Assembly (NCBI GenBank): GCA_965662235.1
Contig: CBFIGY010000012.1
Coordinates: forward strand, 1-64,000
DNA: 64,000 nt
Direction of reading: 5' to 3'
Source: an uncultured bacterium
Lineage (GTDB): Bacteria > SAR324 > NAC60-12
In this document: positions 40,210 through 51,519 of the stretch, piece by piece
Layout of the letters: each line of letters begins with the position of its first letter
Numbering within the stretch: position 1 is the first letter of the stretch
The notes under the pieces: generated by a model
What the model was told of the DNA's origin: nothing
The model's input: only the letters and a program-made list of their open reading frames with translations
Databases searched by the model: none
Translations under genes and position numbers: made by a program

Positions 40210-41619
40210 ATGCAAGATGTTCATCATTACGACCTCGCTGTCATTGGCTCAGGCCCCGCTGGAGAGAAGGCCGCCATGCAGGCGAGCAAACTCAAGAAGC
40301 GAGTGGTGGTGATTGAGCGGAAGCCGAAACTGGGAGGGGCGTCGCTGCACACCGGAACCATTCCCTCAAAGTCGCTCCGGGAGACGGTGGTCAACCTCTC
40401 AATGATCCGGCAGCAGACGCACGGCATTCAGATTTCGTTCAAGGACAACCTGACGACGGATGAGCTGATGTACCGGAAGCAGGTGGTGATTCAAGAGCAG
40501 GAAAACTCCCTGAAGCGCAACCTCGACAAGAACCGAGTGACCACCATTGTTGGAACCCCCCGGTTTCTCAGTCCAACTGAGATTGAAGTGGTCCCGCACG
40601 ACGGAGGGGAACCGTTTCAGCTGACCGCGGATTTCTCCATCATCGGAACCGGTTCCAGTCCCCGTCGTCCGAAGTGGGCTCCGTTCGACAACGAATGCGT
40701 GTTCGATTCCGACAGCATTCTGAAGATCAAGCACCTTCCCAAAAAGATCACGATCATCGGTGCCGGAGTCATTGGCTGCGAGTACGCCTGCATCTTCGCG
40801 AAGCTCGGCATCCGCGTCAACCTCATCGCCCGAGACCGCAACGTCCTGCCGTTCCTAGACCGGGAGATCGCAGAAGCGCTCATCTACCGGATGCGGAACC
40901 AGCGCATCACCTTGCGGCTGGGAGAGAACGTGAAGGACATCAAGAAAATTGGCCCCGAAGAGGTGCTGGTGGAACTGGAAAGCCAGAAGGTGCTACCCTG
41001 CTCCACCGTGCTGGTTGCCGCCGGTCGGACTGCCAACTCCGATGGGCTGGGGCTGGAAGAAATTGGCATTGAGCTGGGGCACAACCTGCTGATCAAGACC
41101 AACGAGGTTTACCAAACCGCTTGCCCGAACATCTATGCGGTCGGAGACGTCATTGGCTTCCCTGGGCTTTCGTCAACCTCCATGGTGCAGTCCCGGATTG
41201 CCGTTCTGCACGCCTTTGGGGAGCTGCAAAACGAGTCGATGCCCAAGGAGTTTCCGTACGGCATCTGGACCATTCCGGCGGTGGCGATGGTGGGGCAAAC
41301 GGAGGAGGAACTGACGGAGGCCTGTGTTCCGTATGAGATCGGCGTGGCCCACTTCAAGGAAATCTCCCGGGCCCACATCATGGGGGAGGAAGAGGGCATC
41401 ATGAAGCTCATCTTCGATCCGGAAAGCCTGAAACTCTATGGCGTCCACATCATCGGCCCCCGCGCCACTGAGTTGATCCACCTGGGGCACTCGGTGATGC
41501 ACCTCGGCGGAACCATCCGGTACTTCATGAACGCGGTGCTGAACTGCCCCACCTTGGATGAAGCCTACCGGGTTGCGGCCTTCAACGGCATCAATCGCCT
41601 CGATCACGACTCCCTCTGA
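40210..41619 (+). CDS. sthA: Soluble pyridine nucleotide transhydrogenase
   Basis: YDLAVIGSGPAG and GGASLHTGTIPSKSLRE (no redox disulfide pair), plus GAGVIGCEYA and AYRVAAFNGINRL. Confidence 0.9.
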   Translation: MQDVHHYDLAVIGSGPAGEKAAMQASKLKKRVVVIERKPKLGGASLHTGTIPSKSLRETVVNLSMIRQQTHGIQISFKDNLTTDELMYRKQVVIQEQENSLKRNLDKNRVTTIVGTPRFLSPTEIEVVPHDGGEPFQLTADFSIIGTGSSPRRPKWAPFDNECVFDSDSILKIKHLPKKITIIGAGVIGCEYACIFAKLGIRVNLIARDRNVLPFLDREIAEALIYRMRNQRITLRLGENVKDIKKIGPEEVLVELESQKVLPCSTVLVAAGRTANSDGLGLEEIGIELGHNLLIKTNEVYQTACPNIYAVGDVIGFPGLSSTSMVQSRIAVLHAFGELQNESMPKEFPYGIWTIPAVAMVGQTEEELTEACVPYEIGVAHFKEISRAHIMGEEEGIMKLIFDPESLKLYGVHIIGPRATELIHLGHSVMHLGGTIRYFMNAVLNCPTLDEAYRVAAFNGINRLDHDSL

Positions 41620-41627
41620 TTGCGGAA

Positions 41628-41650
41628 CCGGAGCCATTCATCGGCTCCGG
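41628..41650 (+). terminator. Stem-loop after sthA
   Basis: CCGGAGCC-7 nt-GGCTCCGG with no clear U tract. Confidence 0.45.
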
Positions 41651-41701
41651 CGCCCCGTCGCTTCTTAAAAACTCCCAAGACGGCTGGATCGGACATTTCC
41701 C

Positions 41702-41731
41702 TTGACATCCGCCTTGGCACGATGTTAGCTT
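41702..41731 (+). promoter_or_regulatory. Overlapping sigma-70 and sigma-54-like promoters of the hrcA operon
   Basis: TTGACA at 41702-41707 with TG-n-TAGCTT at 41723-41731. TTGGCACGATGTTAGCT at 41714-41730 is GG-N10-GC. Confidence 0.6.
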
Positions 41732-41732
41732 A

Positions 41733-41759
41733 TTAGCACTTTCTTGAGATGAGTGCTAA
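41733..41759. promoter_or_regulatory. CIRCE element (HrcA operator)
   Basis: TTAGCACTT-N9-GAGTGCTAA, one mismatch from TTAGCACTC-N9-GAGTGCTAA, directly upstream of hrcA. Confidence 0.95.
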
Positions 41760-41799
41760 CGATCGATCAGGCAACAAGGGGGATTCATCCAGGGACCGC

Positions 41800-42861
41800 A
41801 TGGCAACGAGAAAGCAGGGTCAAGACATTGACGAACGCATGCAGATGGTGCTGCGTGGCATTGTAGACAGCTACATCGAAAGCTCGGAGCCTGTGGGGTC
41901 CCGGACGCTCTCGAAGCAGTTGGAGGTTCAGTTCTCTCCGGCGACGATCCGCAACATCATGTCGGATCTTTCCGAGATGGGGTACCTGATGCAGCCCCAT
42001 ACGTCCGGGGGACGGATTCCGACCGACAAGGCGTATCGGTTCTATGTGGACTCGATGGTGGTGGCGAATCAGCTACCAAACAGCATTCAGAGTCACATTT
42101 CAGAGCTGTCGAGGCTGGGGACCACGGCGCCTGTGGAGGTGCTGCTGCAGAACACGACGAAGATCCTCGCCGGGCTGACCAAGTTCGTGTGCCTGGTGAC
42201 GGCGCCGAAGACGGAAGTGAGCCTGCTCCAGCGCATTGAGTTCATCAAGGTCAGTGCCCGCAAGGTGCTGGTGATCCTAGTGACCAAGTCCGGAGTGGTC
42301 CGCAACAAGATCATTGACACTCCGGAGGACTTCCCTCAGGACTTCTTCAACACCATCTCCGCGTTCCTCAACGATCAGTTCCAAAACCGGTCTCTGCTGC
42401 AGATCCGGGAGGAAATCCTCCGGAGCATGGTGGAGGACAAGGAACGTTACGACCAGCTTCTTGCTCAGGCGGTTCGTCTTGGCAAGAAGGCCTTTGAGCT
42501 GGATGAGCGGGAGGAGATGTTCATGGAGGGGCAGTTCAATCTGCTGAAGAACGAACGGTTCCAGAGCACCGAGGTGGTGCAGCACCTGATGGACGCGTTT
42601 GAGCACAAGAGCATGATCATGGATGTGCTGGATCACACGGTCCGGGCGGAAGGCGTGCAGCTGTACATTGGGGTGGAAAACGAGTCAGAGAGCCTAAGGG
42701 ACTGCACCCTGGTTGCCGCGAACTACCGCAACGACAACAACGTATTGGGGACCATTGGTGTGATTGGTCCCACGAGCATGAACTACCAGCAAATCATCCC
42801 TGTCGTGGACTACACGGCCAAAATTCTATCCCAAGCCATTTCTGAGCAAGCCTATGACTGA
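41800..42861 (+). CDS. hrcA: Heat-inducible transcription repressor HrcA
   Basis: EPVGSRTL, SPATIRNIMSDL, QPHTSGGRIPTDKAYRFYVD and GTIGVIGPT motifs. The ATG at 41749 lies inside CIRCE, so 41800 is preferred. Confidence 0.96.
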   Translation: MATRKQGQDIDERMQMVLRGIVDSYIESSEPVGSRTLSKQLEVQFSPATIRNIMSDLSEMGYLMQPHTSGGRIPTDKAYRFYVDSMVVANQLPNSIQSHISELSRLGTTAPVEVLLQNTTKILAGLTKFVCLVTAPKTEVSLLQRIEFIKVSARKVLVILVTKSGVVRNKIIDTPEDFPQDFFNTISAFLNDQFQNRSLLQIREEILRSMVEDKERYDQLLAQAVRLGKKAFELDEREEMFMEGQFNLLKNERFQSTEVVQHLMDAFEHKSMIMDVLDHTVRAEGVQLYIGVENESESLRDCTLVAANYRNDNNVLGTIGVIGPTSMNYQQIIPVVDYTAKILSQAISEQAYD

Positions 42862-43447
42862 GAAGAAGAAGGCCGCCGAGCGGACTCCGGAACAAGACGA
42901 CCAGCAGGTCGATTCAGCAGAAGCCGACGCTGCGGTGGATGCTGAAGCGTCGGGTGCAGCTGAAGGCGCTGCTGCGGAGAACGGACCCCTCGGAGACGAT
43001 GATGAGGTGCAGCGCAAATTGGATGAAGTCCAAGGGCGTTACCAGTACCTCAATGCCGAGTTTGAAAACTACAAAAAACGGATGGTCCGGGAAAATTCGG
43101 AGCGCTTGAAGTACGCCAACGGAGACCTGATCAAGGAGCTCCTTCCGAGTTTAGACAACCTGGAGCGGGCGATTGATCACGCCAAAAAGGAAGAATCCAG
43201 CCGCGAGAGCATGATTGAAGGGCTGGAAATGGTTTACAAGATGGCCCAGGAGTCCCTGGTCAAGTTTGGTGTCACCCGCGTTGATGCGTCAGGTCAGGTC
43301 TTTGACCCGAACCTGCACCAAGCGGTGGGCATGGTTGACGCCGAAGAGGTTCCAGAGAACCATGTTGCTGAGCAACTCCAAGCGGGCTACACCCTCTACG
43401 ACCGTGTGTTGCGTCCCTCCATGGTGAGGGTAGCAGGCAAGGCGTAA
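42854..43447 (+). CDS. grpE: Nucleotide exchange factor GrpE
   Basis: AEFENYKKR, LLPSLDNLERA, FDPNLHQAV and GYTLYDRVLRPSMV motifs. Confidence 0.96.
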   Translation: MTEKKKAAERTPEQDDQQVDSAEADAAVDAEASGAAEGAAAENGPLGDDDEVQRKLDEVQGRYQYLNAEFENYKKRMVRENSERLKYANGDLIKELLPSLDNLERAIDHAKKEESSRESMIEGLEMVYKMAQESLVKFGVTRVDASGQVFDPNLHQAVGMVDAEEVPENHVAEQLQAGYTLYDRVLRPSMVRVAGKA

Positions 43448-43453
43448 CCTTAA

Positions 43454-45403
<1,950 letters not shown>

Positions 45404-45409
45404 GCACAG

Positions 45410-45440
45410 CGCCTCCGGGAGACCCCCGGAGGCGTTTCTT
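45410..45440 (+). terminator. Intrinsic terminator between dnaK and dnaJ
   Basis: CGCCTCCGGG-5 nt-CCCGGAGGCG followed by TTTCTT. Confidence 0.7.
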
Positions 45441-45461
45441 GGAAAGATTGAGGAGACCCCC

Positions 45462-46604
45462 TTGGCCAAACGCGATTATTACGAAGTTCTCGGGCTCAGC
45501 AAAGGTGCCTCGAAAGAGGAGATCAAGAAGGCGTACCGCAAGGTCGCCATGAAGTACCATCCGGATCGCAACCCGGGTGACCAGGAGGCTGAGGACAAGT
45601 TCAAGGAGGCCACAGAAGCCTTTGAGATCCTGAGCAACGACGAAAAGCGGAGCCGCTACGATCAGTTTGGCCATGCCGGAACCGAAGGCATGGGCGGAGA
45701 CTACGGAGGCTTTGGGAACTTCGGCGGGGGCGGAGGTGGCTTCAGTGACATCTTTGGAGACATCTTCGGTGAGTTCTTCGGTGGAGCCGGTGGACCTGGA
45801 GGTGGCGGTGGCCGTCGAGCAACGAGAGGCGAGCGCGGTTCTGACCTCCAGTACAACCTGGAAGTCACCTTTGAGGAAGCCGCATTCGGAGGCGCCCGCG
45901 AGATTGAGATTCCCCGAATGGAAACCTGCGACACCTGCAGTGGCCTCGGGGCGCATTCTCAGAGCGACATTGAGATCTGCTCCGACTGTGGGGGCAGTGG
46001 CCAGCAGCGCATTCAGCAGGGCTTCTTCAGTGTGGTCACCACCTGCTCCACTTGTGGCGGACGCGGCAAGACCATCAAGAACGTCTGCAAGAGCTGCCGA
46101 GGACGAGGCCGCGTGCAGAAAACAAAGCGCCTGCGCATCAACATCCCGGCCGGTGTCAACACGGGGTCACGCATTAAGCTCACCGGAGAAGGGGAGCACG
46201 GCACCAACGGAGGAGGCAACGGTGACCTGTACGTGGTGCTCCGCGTCAAGGAGCATCCGGTCTTCGATCGTGACGGTTCCGACCTCTTCTGTGAGGTTCC
46301 CATCAGCTTCACCCAAGCCGCTTTAGGGGCAGAGCTGGAAGTTCCGACGCTCGAAGGCAAGGCCAAGCTGAAGATTCCCGCCGGCACACAAACGCACAAG
46401 ATCTTCCGCCTCCGCAACCAAGGCATGCCCGAACTCCGCGGTGGCGGACGCGGGGACCTGCTCTGTCGTGTGCAGGTGGAGACGCCAACCAACCTCTCCG
46501 CCCGTCAGCGAGAGCTGCTGGAAGAATTTGAGTCCGTCAGTGGCAGCGACCACCACCCCCTCCGGGACAAGTTCTTCAACGCCATTCGGGACCTGTTCTC
46601 ATAA
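45462..46604 (+). CDS. dnaJ: Chaperone DnaJ
   Basis: J domain with HPD, a G/F-rich region and four CxxCxGxG repeats. TTG start. Confidence 0.98.
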   Translation: MAKRDYYEVLGLSKGASKEEIKKAYRKVAMKYHPDRNPGDQEAEDKFKEATEAFEILSNDEKRSRYDQFGHAGTEGMGGDYGGFGNFGGGGGGFSDIFGDIFGEFFGGAGGPGGGGGRRATRGERGSDLQYNLEVTFEEAAFGGAREIEIPRMETCDTCSGLGAHSQSDIEICSDCGGSGQQRIQQGFFSVVTTCSTCGGRGKTIKNVCKSCRGRGRVQKTKRLRINIPAGVNTGSRIKLTGEGEHGTNGGGNGDLYVVLRVKEHPVFDRDGSDLFCEVPISFTQAALGAELEVPTLEGKAKLKIPAGTQTHKIFRLRNQGMPELRGGGRGDLLCRVQVETPTNLSARQRELLEEFESVSGSDHHPLRDKFFNAIRDLFS

Positions 46605-46618
46605 CCCTCCTCCCGGGC

Positions 46619-47098
46619 TCAAGGTCCGGGAACTTCCGGCGGTCGAATCAAGGCGTAGCGAAGAAAGTCCACGCCCTTGAATCGACTCCGTTCCAGCTGT
46701 TCCACCACAAAGCCATACTGCTCAAACAGCGGTTTGGAAAACGCAGAAGCGGCCACCGTCACAGGCTGGTTCGGATCGGTGTGACTCAGCAATTCCTCCA
46801 GCAAACCTCTTCCCACTCCCTGCCTCAGGTACGCGGGCGCAACAAACAGCGCTGACAGATATCCCGGAAGCTGCAGGCCTCCAAAGCCCTGAGGGGTTCC
46901 GGACTCATCAGCAGCGACAAAGGTCTGAGCGTTCTGAATCCATTCGGCAAACCCCGGATCGTCCGCAAAGCTCGCCCACGCCTGCACCTGTTCTGGAGTG
47001 TAGGCGCTAGGTCCCAGGTGCTCAATGGCGTGACGGTACACCTGACGAACGGCGTCCAAGTCAGCGGCGTTGAAGCGCCGGATGCGGAGGGCCGTCAC
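46619..47098 (-). CDS. GNAT-family N-acetyltransferase (YafP-like)
   Basis: AYTPEQVQAWA, LFVAPAYLRQGVGRGL and AS..SKPLFEQYGF motifs. The GTG start overlaps the dctM stop. Confidence 0.82.
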   Translation of the reverse strand: MTALRIRRFNAADLDAVRQVYRHAIEHLGPSAYTPEQVQAWASFADDPGFAEWIQNAQTFVAADESGTPQGFGGLQLPGYLSALFVAPAYLRQGVGRGLLEELLSHTDPNQPVTVAASAFSKPLFEQYGFVVEQLERSRFKGVDFLRYALIRPPEVPGP

Positions 47099-48387
47099 CC
47101 CATTGCGTTGGGAATGACGAGGACCAGCCACGGCACAAATACCAGCAGGGCCAACCGGAACACGTCCGCAATGAGAAACGGAAACACGCCCCGGAAGATG
47201 GTGGGTGTGGAAACGTCCGGAAGCACCGAACGGAGCACAAAGACGTTCAGGCCCACCGGTGGGGTGATGAGGCTGATTTCAGTCACCACGACGACAATCA
47301 CCCCAAACCAGATCAGGTCAAAGCCCAACTCGGCCACCAGCGGATAGAAGATCGGCACCGTCAGCAGGATCATCGACAGGCTCTCCAGCACCGCCCCCAA
47401 AACAAGGTAGATCAGCAGAATCAGTCCGATCACTGCCAGCGGCGCCCATCCGGAGTCCTGCACCCAGTCCGAGAGGTCGCTCGGAAGACCGGCAATGTTG
47501 ACAAAGTTGGAAAAGAGCAGCGCACCGATGAGGATGAAGAACATCATGGCGGTGGTGTGCGTGGACTCAACCAGCACCGAAAAGAGCATCTTGCGGTTCA
47601 GCTTTCCCCGAAACCAGGTGAAGGCCAGGGCTCCGGAAGCACCAATGCCGGCTGCTTCTGTGGGCGTGAAGACGCCGAGGTAGATGCCGCCGATGACCAG
47701 CGCAAACAGGGAGAGGATGCCCCAGACGCCTTTGAGCAGACGGAACCGTTCGTTCATGGGCATGGGCTCTGCTCGAGGCCCGAGCTCCGGCTTGAACCAA
47801 GTCACCACCCACACAGCGGCCATGTAGCCCAAAATGCCCAGCACGCCAGGAAGGATGCCGGCGGCAAAGAGCTTCCCAATGTCCTGCTGCGTCATCACTC
47901 CGTAGAGGACCAGAATCACGCTGGGAGGAATGAGGATCCCGAGGGTGCCTCCGGCGGCAATCACGCCAGCAGCCAAGGAATCCGCGTAGCCGTAGCGTCG
48001 CATTGAGGGCATGGTCACCTTGGCCATGGTGGCTGCAGTGGCCAAGGAGCTGCCGCACACGGCGCTGAAGCCACCACAGGCGACTGCGGTGGCCATCGCA
48101 AGTCCGCCCCGTCGGTGGCCGAGCCAGGCGTTTGAGGCTCCGTAGAGTTCATCTGAAAGTCCGGCGTAGGTGACCAGGTTTCCCATGAGGATGAAGAGCG
48201 GCACCACCGAAAGTCCATAGTCCATGCCGGTTTCCAGCGTCACCTGGGCGACCATGGCCAATGCGGGGTCCCAGCCAATCATCAGTCCCAGCCCGCCGAA
48301 CCCGACCAGCGCCATGGAGAAGGCGATGGGGACGCCAAGGAACATGATTGTCAGCAAAATGACAATGCCAGTAAGCCAAAATTCGAT
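47095..48387 (-). CDS. TRAP transporter large permease DctM
   Basis: GVPIAFSM, VPLFILMG, GTLGILIPPS, GVFTPTEAA and ITPPVGLNVFV motifs. The SD-adjacent in-frame codon at 48387 is ATC; the first canonical start is the TTG at 48357. Confidence 0.92.
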   Translation of the reverse strand: MEFWLTGIVILLTIMFLGVPIAFSMALVGFGGLGLMIGWDPALAMVAQVTLETGMDYGLSVVPLFILMGNLVTYAGLSDELYGASNAWLGHRRGGLAMATAVACGGFSAVCGSSLATAATMAKVTMPSMRRYGYADSLAAGVIAAGGTLGILIPPSVILVLYGVMTQQDIGKLFAAGILPGVLGILGYMAAVWVVTWFKPELGPRAEPMPMNERFRLLKGVWGILSLFALVIGGIYLGVFTPTEAAGIGASGALAFTWFRGKLNRKMLFSVLVESTHTTAMMFFILIGALLFSNFVNIAGLPSDLSDWVQDSGWAPLAVIGLILLIYLVLGAVLESLSMILLTVPIFYPLVAELGFDLIWFGVIVVVVTEISLITPPVGLNVFVLRSVLPDVSTPTIFRGVFPFLIADVFRLALLVFVPWLVLVIPNAMG

Positions 48388-48415
48388 GGCACCTCCTTAA
48401 AAGGGCAGTAGGGGT

Positions 48416-48910
48416 TCAGGAGTGGCGGATGACACGAAGGGCCTGGGCAACAGCCAAGGCGGCACTGACGCCAATGAGCAGCGCAGAAAGGTAGCCGACC
48501 GGAGCCAGGGGAATGAAGAGGTAGGCGGTTTCGTCGCCATATTCAGCCATCTCTGTGGCCTTGATCCAGACCCGCCAGGTCATGACAACCAGGACCCCTG
48601 CCATGATCAGAGCCGTGAGGACATTCTGAATCCGGAGGGCTCGGGGGGGCAAGCGGTTGACAAAGAGGCTCACAGAGACGTGCTCGCCGGAGCGGGTCAC
48701 CAGCGGCAACCCGGCGAAGATCAGCGAGGCCATGAGGATCTCGGTGATCTCAAAGGCGCCCGGGATGGGGGCATTCAGCAGGTACCGTCCAATCACATCG
48801 AAAAAGGTGAGGGCCATCATGGACAGCAGCATCGCTGACGCAATCAGGCCCAATGCCTTTCCGAGCCAATCGGAGGCCGGAGCTTGGGGCTCCGAAGGCT
48901 CAGGACTCAT
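48416..48910 (-). CDS. TRAP transporter small permease DctQ
   Basis: Four TMs with DVIGRYLLNAPIPGAFE and HVSV motifs. Confidence 0.9.
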   Translation of the reverse strand: MSPEPSEPQAPASDWLGKALGLIASAMLLSMMALTFFDVIGRYLLNAPIPGAFEITEILMASLIFAGLPLVTRSGEHVSVSLFVNRLPPRALRIQNVLTALIMAGVLVVMTWRVWIKATEMAEYGDETAYLFIPLAPVGYLSALLIGVSAALAVAQALRVIRHS

Positions 48911-49923
48911 GGCTGATAGGCCGCTGCTTCGGCACGGAGCATTGCCAAGGCCGCCTTGCCGTCAATGCCTTTGTCGTTCAGGCGTTGCAGCACCGTCGTC
49001 TCAATGCTGGCCAGCCGAGACTTGAGCTCATTCATGAGTGCCGGGCTGGCTGTGGAGACCTGCATGCTGGCGGCTTCCATGGCCTGCTCACCAATCGTGT
49101 CGGCCTGGTCCCAGCCACGTCCGGCCAGCTGCGCAAAGGCTTCTCCAGAGACGCTGTCCACCGCGCGTTGGTCTTCCGGACTCAGGCGGTCCCACTTCCG
49201 CTTATTCATGATCAGGAAGAAGCTGGTGTTGTACATGCCTCCGGGGACGATGGTGGCATACTTCAGAACCTTGGAAAGCTTGAAGGATCCGATCGACTCC
49301 TTGGGAAAGAAGATGCCATCGGCAACGCCACGGGAGAGGATTTCGTACGACTCGCTCGCAGGTTTCAGCAGCGTCACGGCTCCGAGCGCCTTGCCGACGT
49401 CATTGACCACGCCTCCGCCAACACGGATCTTCATGCCGTCCAGGTCAGCAACCGACTGGATGGGCTTTTCGATGCTGTACATGTGTCCGGGCCCATGGGT
49501 GAAGACGCCCAGCACCTTGGTGCCTTCGTGCTCGTTGGCCGCGGCAAGGTACTTCTCATGCGTCCGCCAGTAGGCGACCGAGATGGCTTCAGCACTGTCT
49601 CCGAGGAACGGAATTTCCGCAATCTGGGTGGCCACAAAGCGTCCTGGGGTGTACCCGTGGACTCCGAGGGTGACATCAGCAATGCCGTCTCGGGCAAGGT
49701 CGTAGTGACTCGGGGGCTTGCCCAAGGGCTTGGCGAGCAGGTTGATCTCCACATTCCCGTTGGTCGCTTCTGCCACCCGGTCTGCCCAGGGCTGAATCAT
49801 CAACGTCGTGATCGGATGCGTTGGGGGAAGCCAGTTGGAAAAACGGAGGGTCGTCTTGGCCTGGGCGGAAGCCGATACCGCCAGCAGTCCTGCCAAAAAT
49901 CCGGCAGCAAAGAGCTTCTTCAT
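48907..49923 (-). CDS. TRAP transporter substrate-binding protein DctP
   Basis: Signal peptide from the ATG at 49923, with WLPPTHP, DGIAD, YTPGRF, DLDGMKIR and MNKRKWDRLS motifs. Confidence 0.9.
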   Translation of the reverse strand: MKKLFAAGFLAGLLAVSASAQAKTTLRFSNWLPPTHPITTLMIQPWADRVAEATNGNVEINLLAKPLGKPPSHYDLARDGIADVTLGVHGYTPGRFVATQIAEIPFLGDSAEAISVAYWRTHEKYLAAANEHEGTKVLGVFTHGPGHMYSIEKPIQSVADLDGMKIRVGGGVVNDVGKALGAVTLLKPASESYEILSRGVADGIFFPKESIGSFKLSKVLKYATIVPGGMYNTSFFLIMNKRKWDRLSPEDQRAVDSVSGEAFAQLAGRGWDQADTIGEQAMEAASMQVSTASPALMNELKSRLASIETTVLQRLNDKGIDGKAALAMLRAEAAAYQP

Positions 49924-49983
49924 GCATTCTCTCCTGAGAGGTTCAAAAAAGAAGGGCCTCTTGGTGGGCCCGAACACGCGGAG

Positions 49984-51519
49984 TCACTCCGCAAGCGTGT
50001 GCGCCTGTTGGCGCAGTTCGTACTTCAAGACCTTGCCCATGGTGTTCCGAGGCAGCGTCTCTAGGAAAATGAAGGCCTTGGGGTGCTTGAAGCGAGCCAG
50101 GCGCTCATTCAGGAAGGCCTGCAACTCCGTCTCGGAAACAGAGGCCCCGGGCACGGGCTCCAGAAAGGCAACCGGAACCTCGCCCCACTGCGCATCAGCT
50201 CGGGCGACCACGGCTGCATCCGCCAGCGCCGCATGCTCCCGCAGAACAGCTTCTAGTTCCGCCGAGTAGATGTTCTCTCCCCCGGAAATGATGATGTCCT
50301 TCTTGCGGTCATGAATCGTGAGGAAGCCTTCTGCATCCTGCACCCCCACGTCTCCGGTCCGGAACCAGCCGTTCACAAACGCTTCAGCGGTGGCATCGGC
50401 GTTCCCCCAGTACTCCTGCATCACATTCGGTCCGTGCACCCACAGCTCCCCAGAGGTCCCGGGAGGAGCCTCTTGGCCTGAATCATCCACTACTTTTACC
50501 CGACAATGCAAGGCGGGTTTTCCGGTGGAACCGATTTTTCGGAACGCTTCTTCCCGGCGAAGGACGGCGGCAATGGGCGCTGTTTCAGTGGAACCATAGA
50601 CCTGCCCCACAGGCAGTCCCCGCTGGTGAAAGCCCTCGATCAGGTTCACTGGCACCACAGATGAACCCGTGACCAGCATCCGCAACGAGGTCAGGTTGGT
50701 GGCAGACCACTGCGGGTGCTGTAGCAGCGCCTGCATCGTGACAGGCACCAGCAGCAGGAGGCTGGGCTGCTCCTGCTCAATGAGTGTCAGGGTCTGAGCG
50801 GGGTCAAATCGGGGCGTCAGCACCACCTCTGCTCCCGCATAAAGTGCCGGAGTGGTCTGAATGTTGAGGGGCCCCACGTGAAAAAACGGGAGCACAGCAA
50901 GGATCCGGTCCTGACGGGTCAGGTCATGAAGGTGCAGGCTGTTGAGGGCGTTCCAGAAGAGAGCTTCTTGGGTCAGCACCGCTCCTTTGGGGTGCCCGGT
51001 GGTTCCGGAGGTGTAGACGATCAGCCAGGGTGCCTCAAGGGACACATTGGGATTGGTGTCATCCGGTCCGGACGCGTTCAGGACGTCGGTGTGTGGCACC
51101 CACTCGGGCGCGGTGAACTCAAGCGCCACGCGGTGAAGTTCCGGAACGGCTTCCTGAATGACGTCGGCGTGCCCCTGAAAGTCCGCTTCTGCAATCAGAA
51201 CGTGAGCGCCGGCGTTTCTGACGATGTAGGCGTGTTCCGGAGGAGCGAGCCGCCAGTTGAGAGGAACGAGCACGGCTCCGAGGCGGGCACAGGCGAAGAG
51301 CACCGCCAGGAGGTCCGGGTGGTTGTAGCCCAGGAAGGCCACACGGTCGCCGCGGCTCACCCCCAGCTCGTGCTTGAGTCCTCGGGCCCAGGCCCGGACC
51401 CGTTCGGCCAGCTGCTGATAGGTCCAGGTCTGCTCGGCTTCCAGAGAGCGGAAGAAGCGCAGCGCCGGACGGTCTGGGGTAAAGTCGGCATGCCGTTCAA
51501 TCCACTGGGCGGCGTTCAC
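49984..51519 (-). CDS. Acyl/aryl-CoA ligase (ANL superfamily)
   Basis: YTSGTTGHPKG, YGSTE, WFRTGD, IISGGENIY and PRNTMGK motifs. The GTG start overlaps the upstream stop. Confidence 0.9.
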   Translation of the reverse strand: MNAAQWIERHADFTPDRPALRFFRSLEAEQTWTYQQLAERVRAWARGLKHELGVSRGDRVAFLGYNHPDLLAVLFACARLGAVLVPLNWRLAPPEHAYIVRNAGAHVLIAEADFQGHADVIQEAVPELHRVALEFTAPEWVPHTDVLNASGPDDTNPNVSLEAPWLIVYTSGTTGHPKGAVLTQEALFWNALNSLHLHDLTRQDRILAVLPFFHVGPLNIQTTPALYAGAEVVLTPRFDPAQTLTLIEQEQPSLLLLVPVTMQALLQHPQWSATNLTSLRMLVTGSSVVPVNLIEGFHQRGLPVGQVYGSTETAPIAAVLRREEAFRKIGSTGKPALHCRVKVVDDSGQEAPPGTSGELWVHGPNVMQEYWGNADATAEAFVNGWFRTGDVGVQDAEGFLTIHDRKKDIIISGGENIYSAELEAVLREHAALADAAVVARADAQWGEVPVAFLEPVPGASVSETELQAFLNERLARFKHPKAFIFLETLPRNTMGKVLKYELRQQAHTLAE

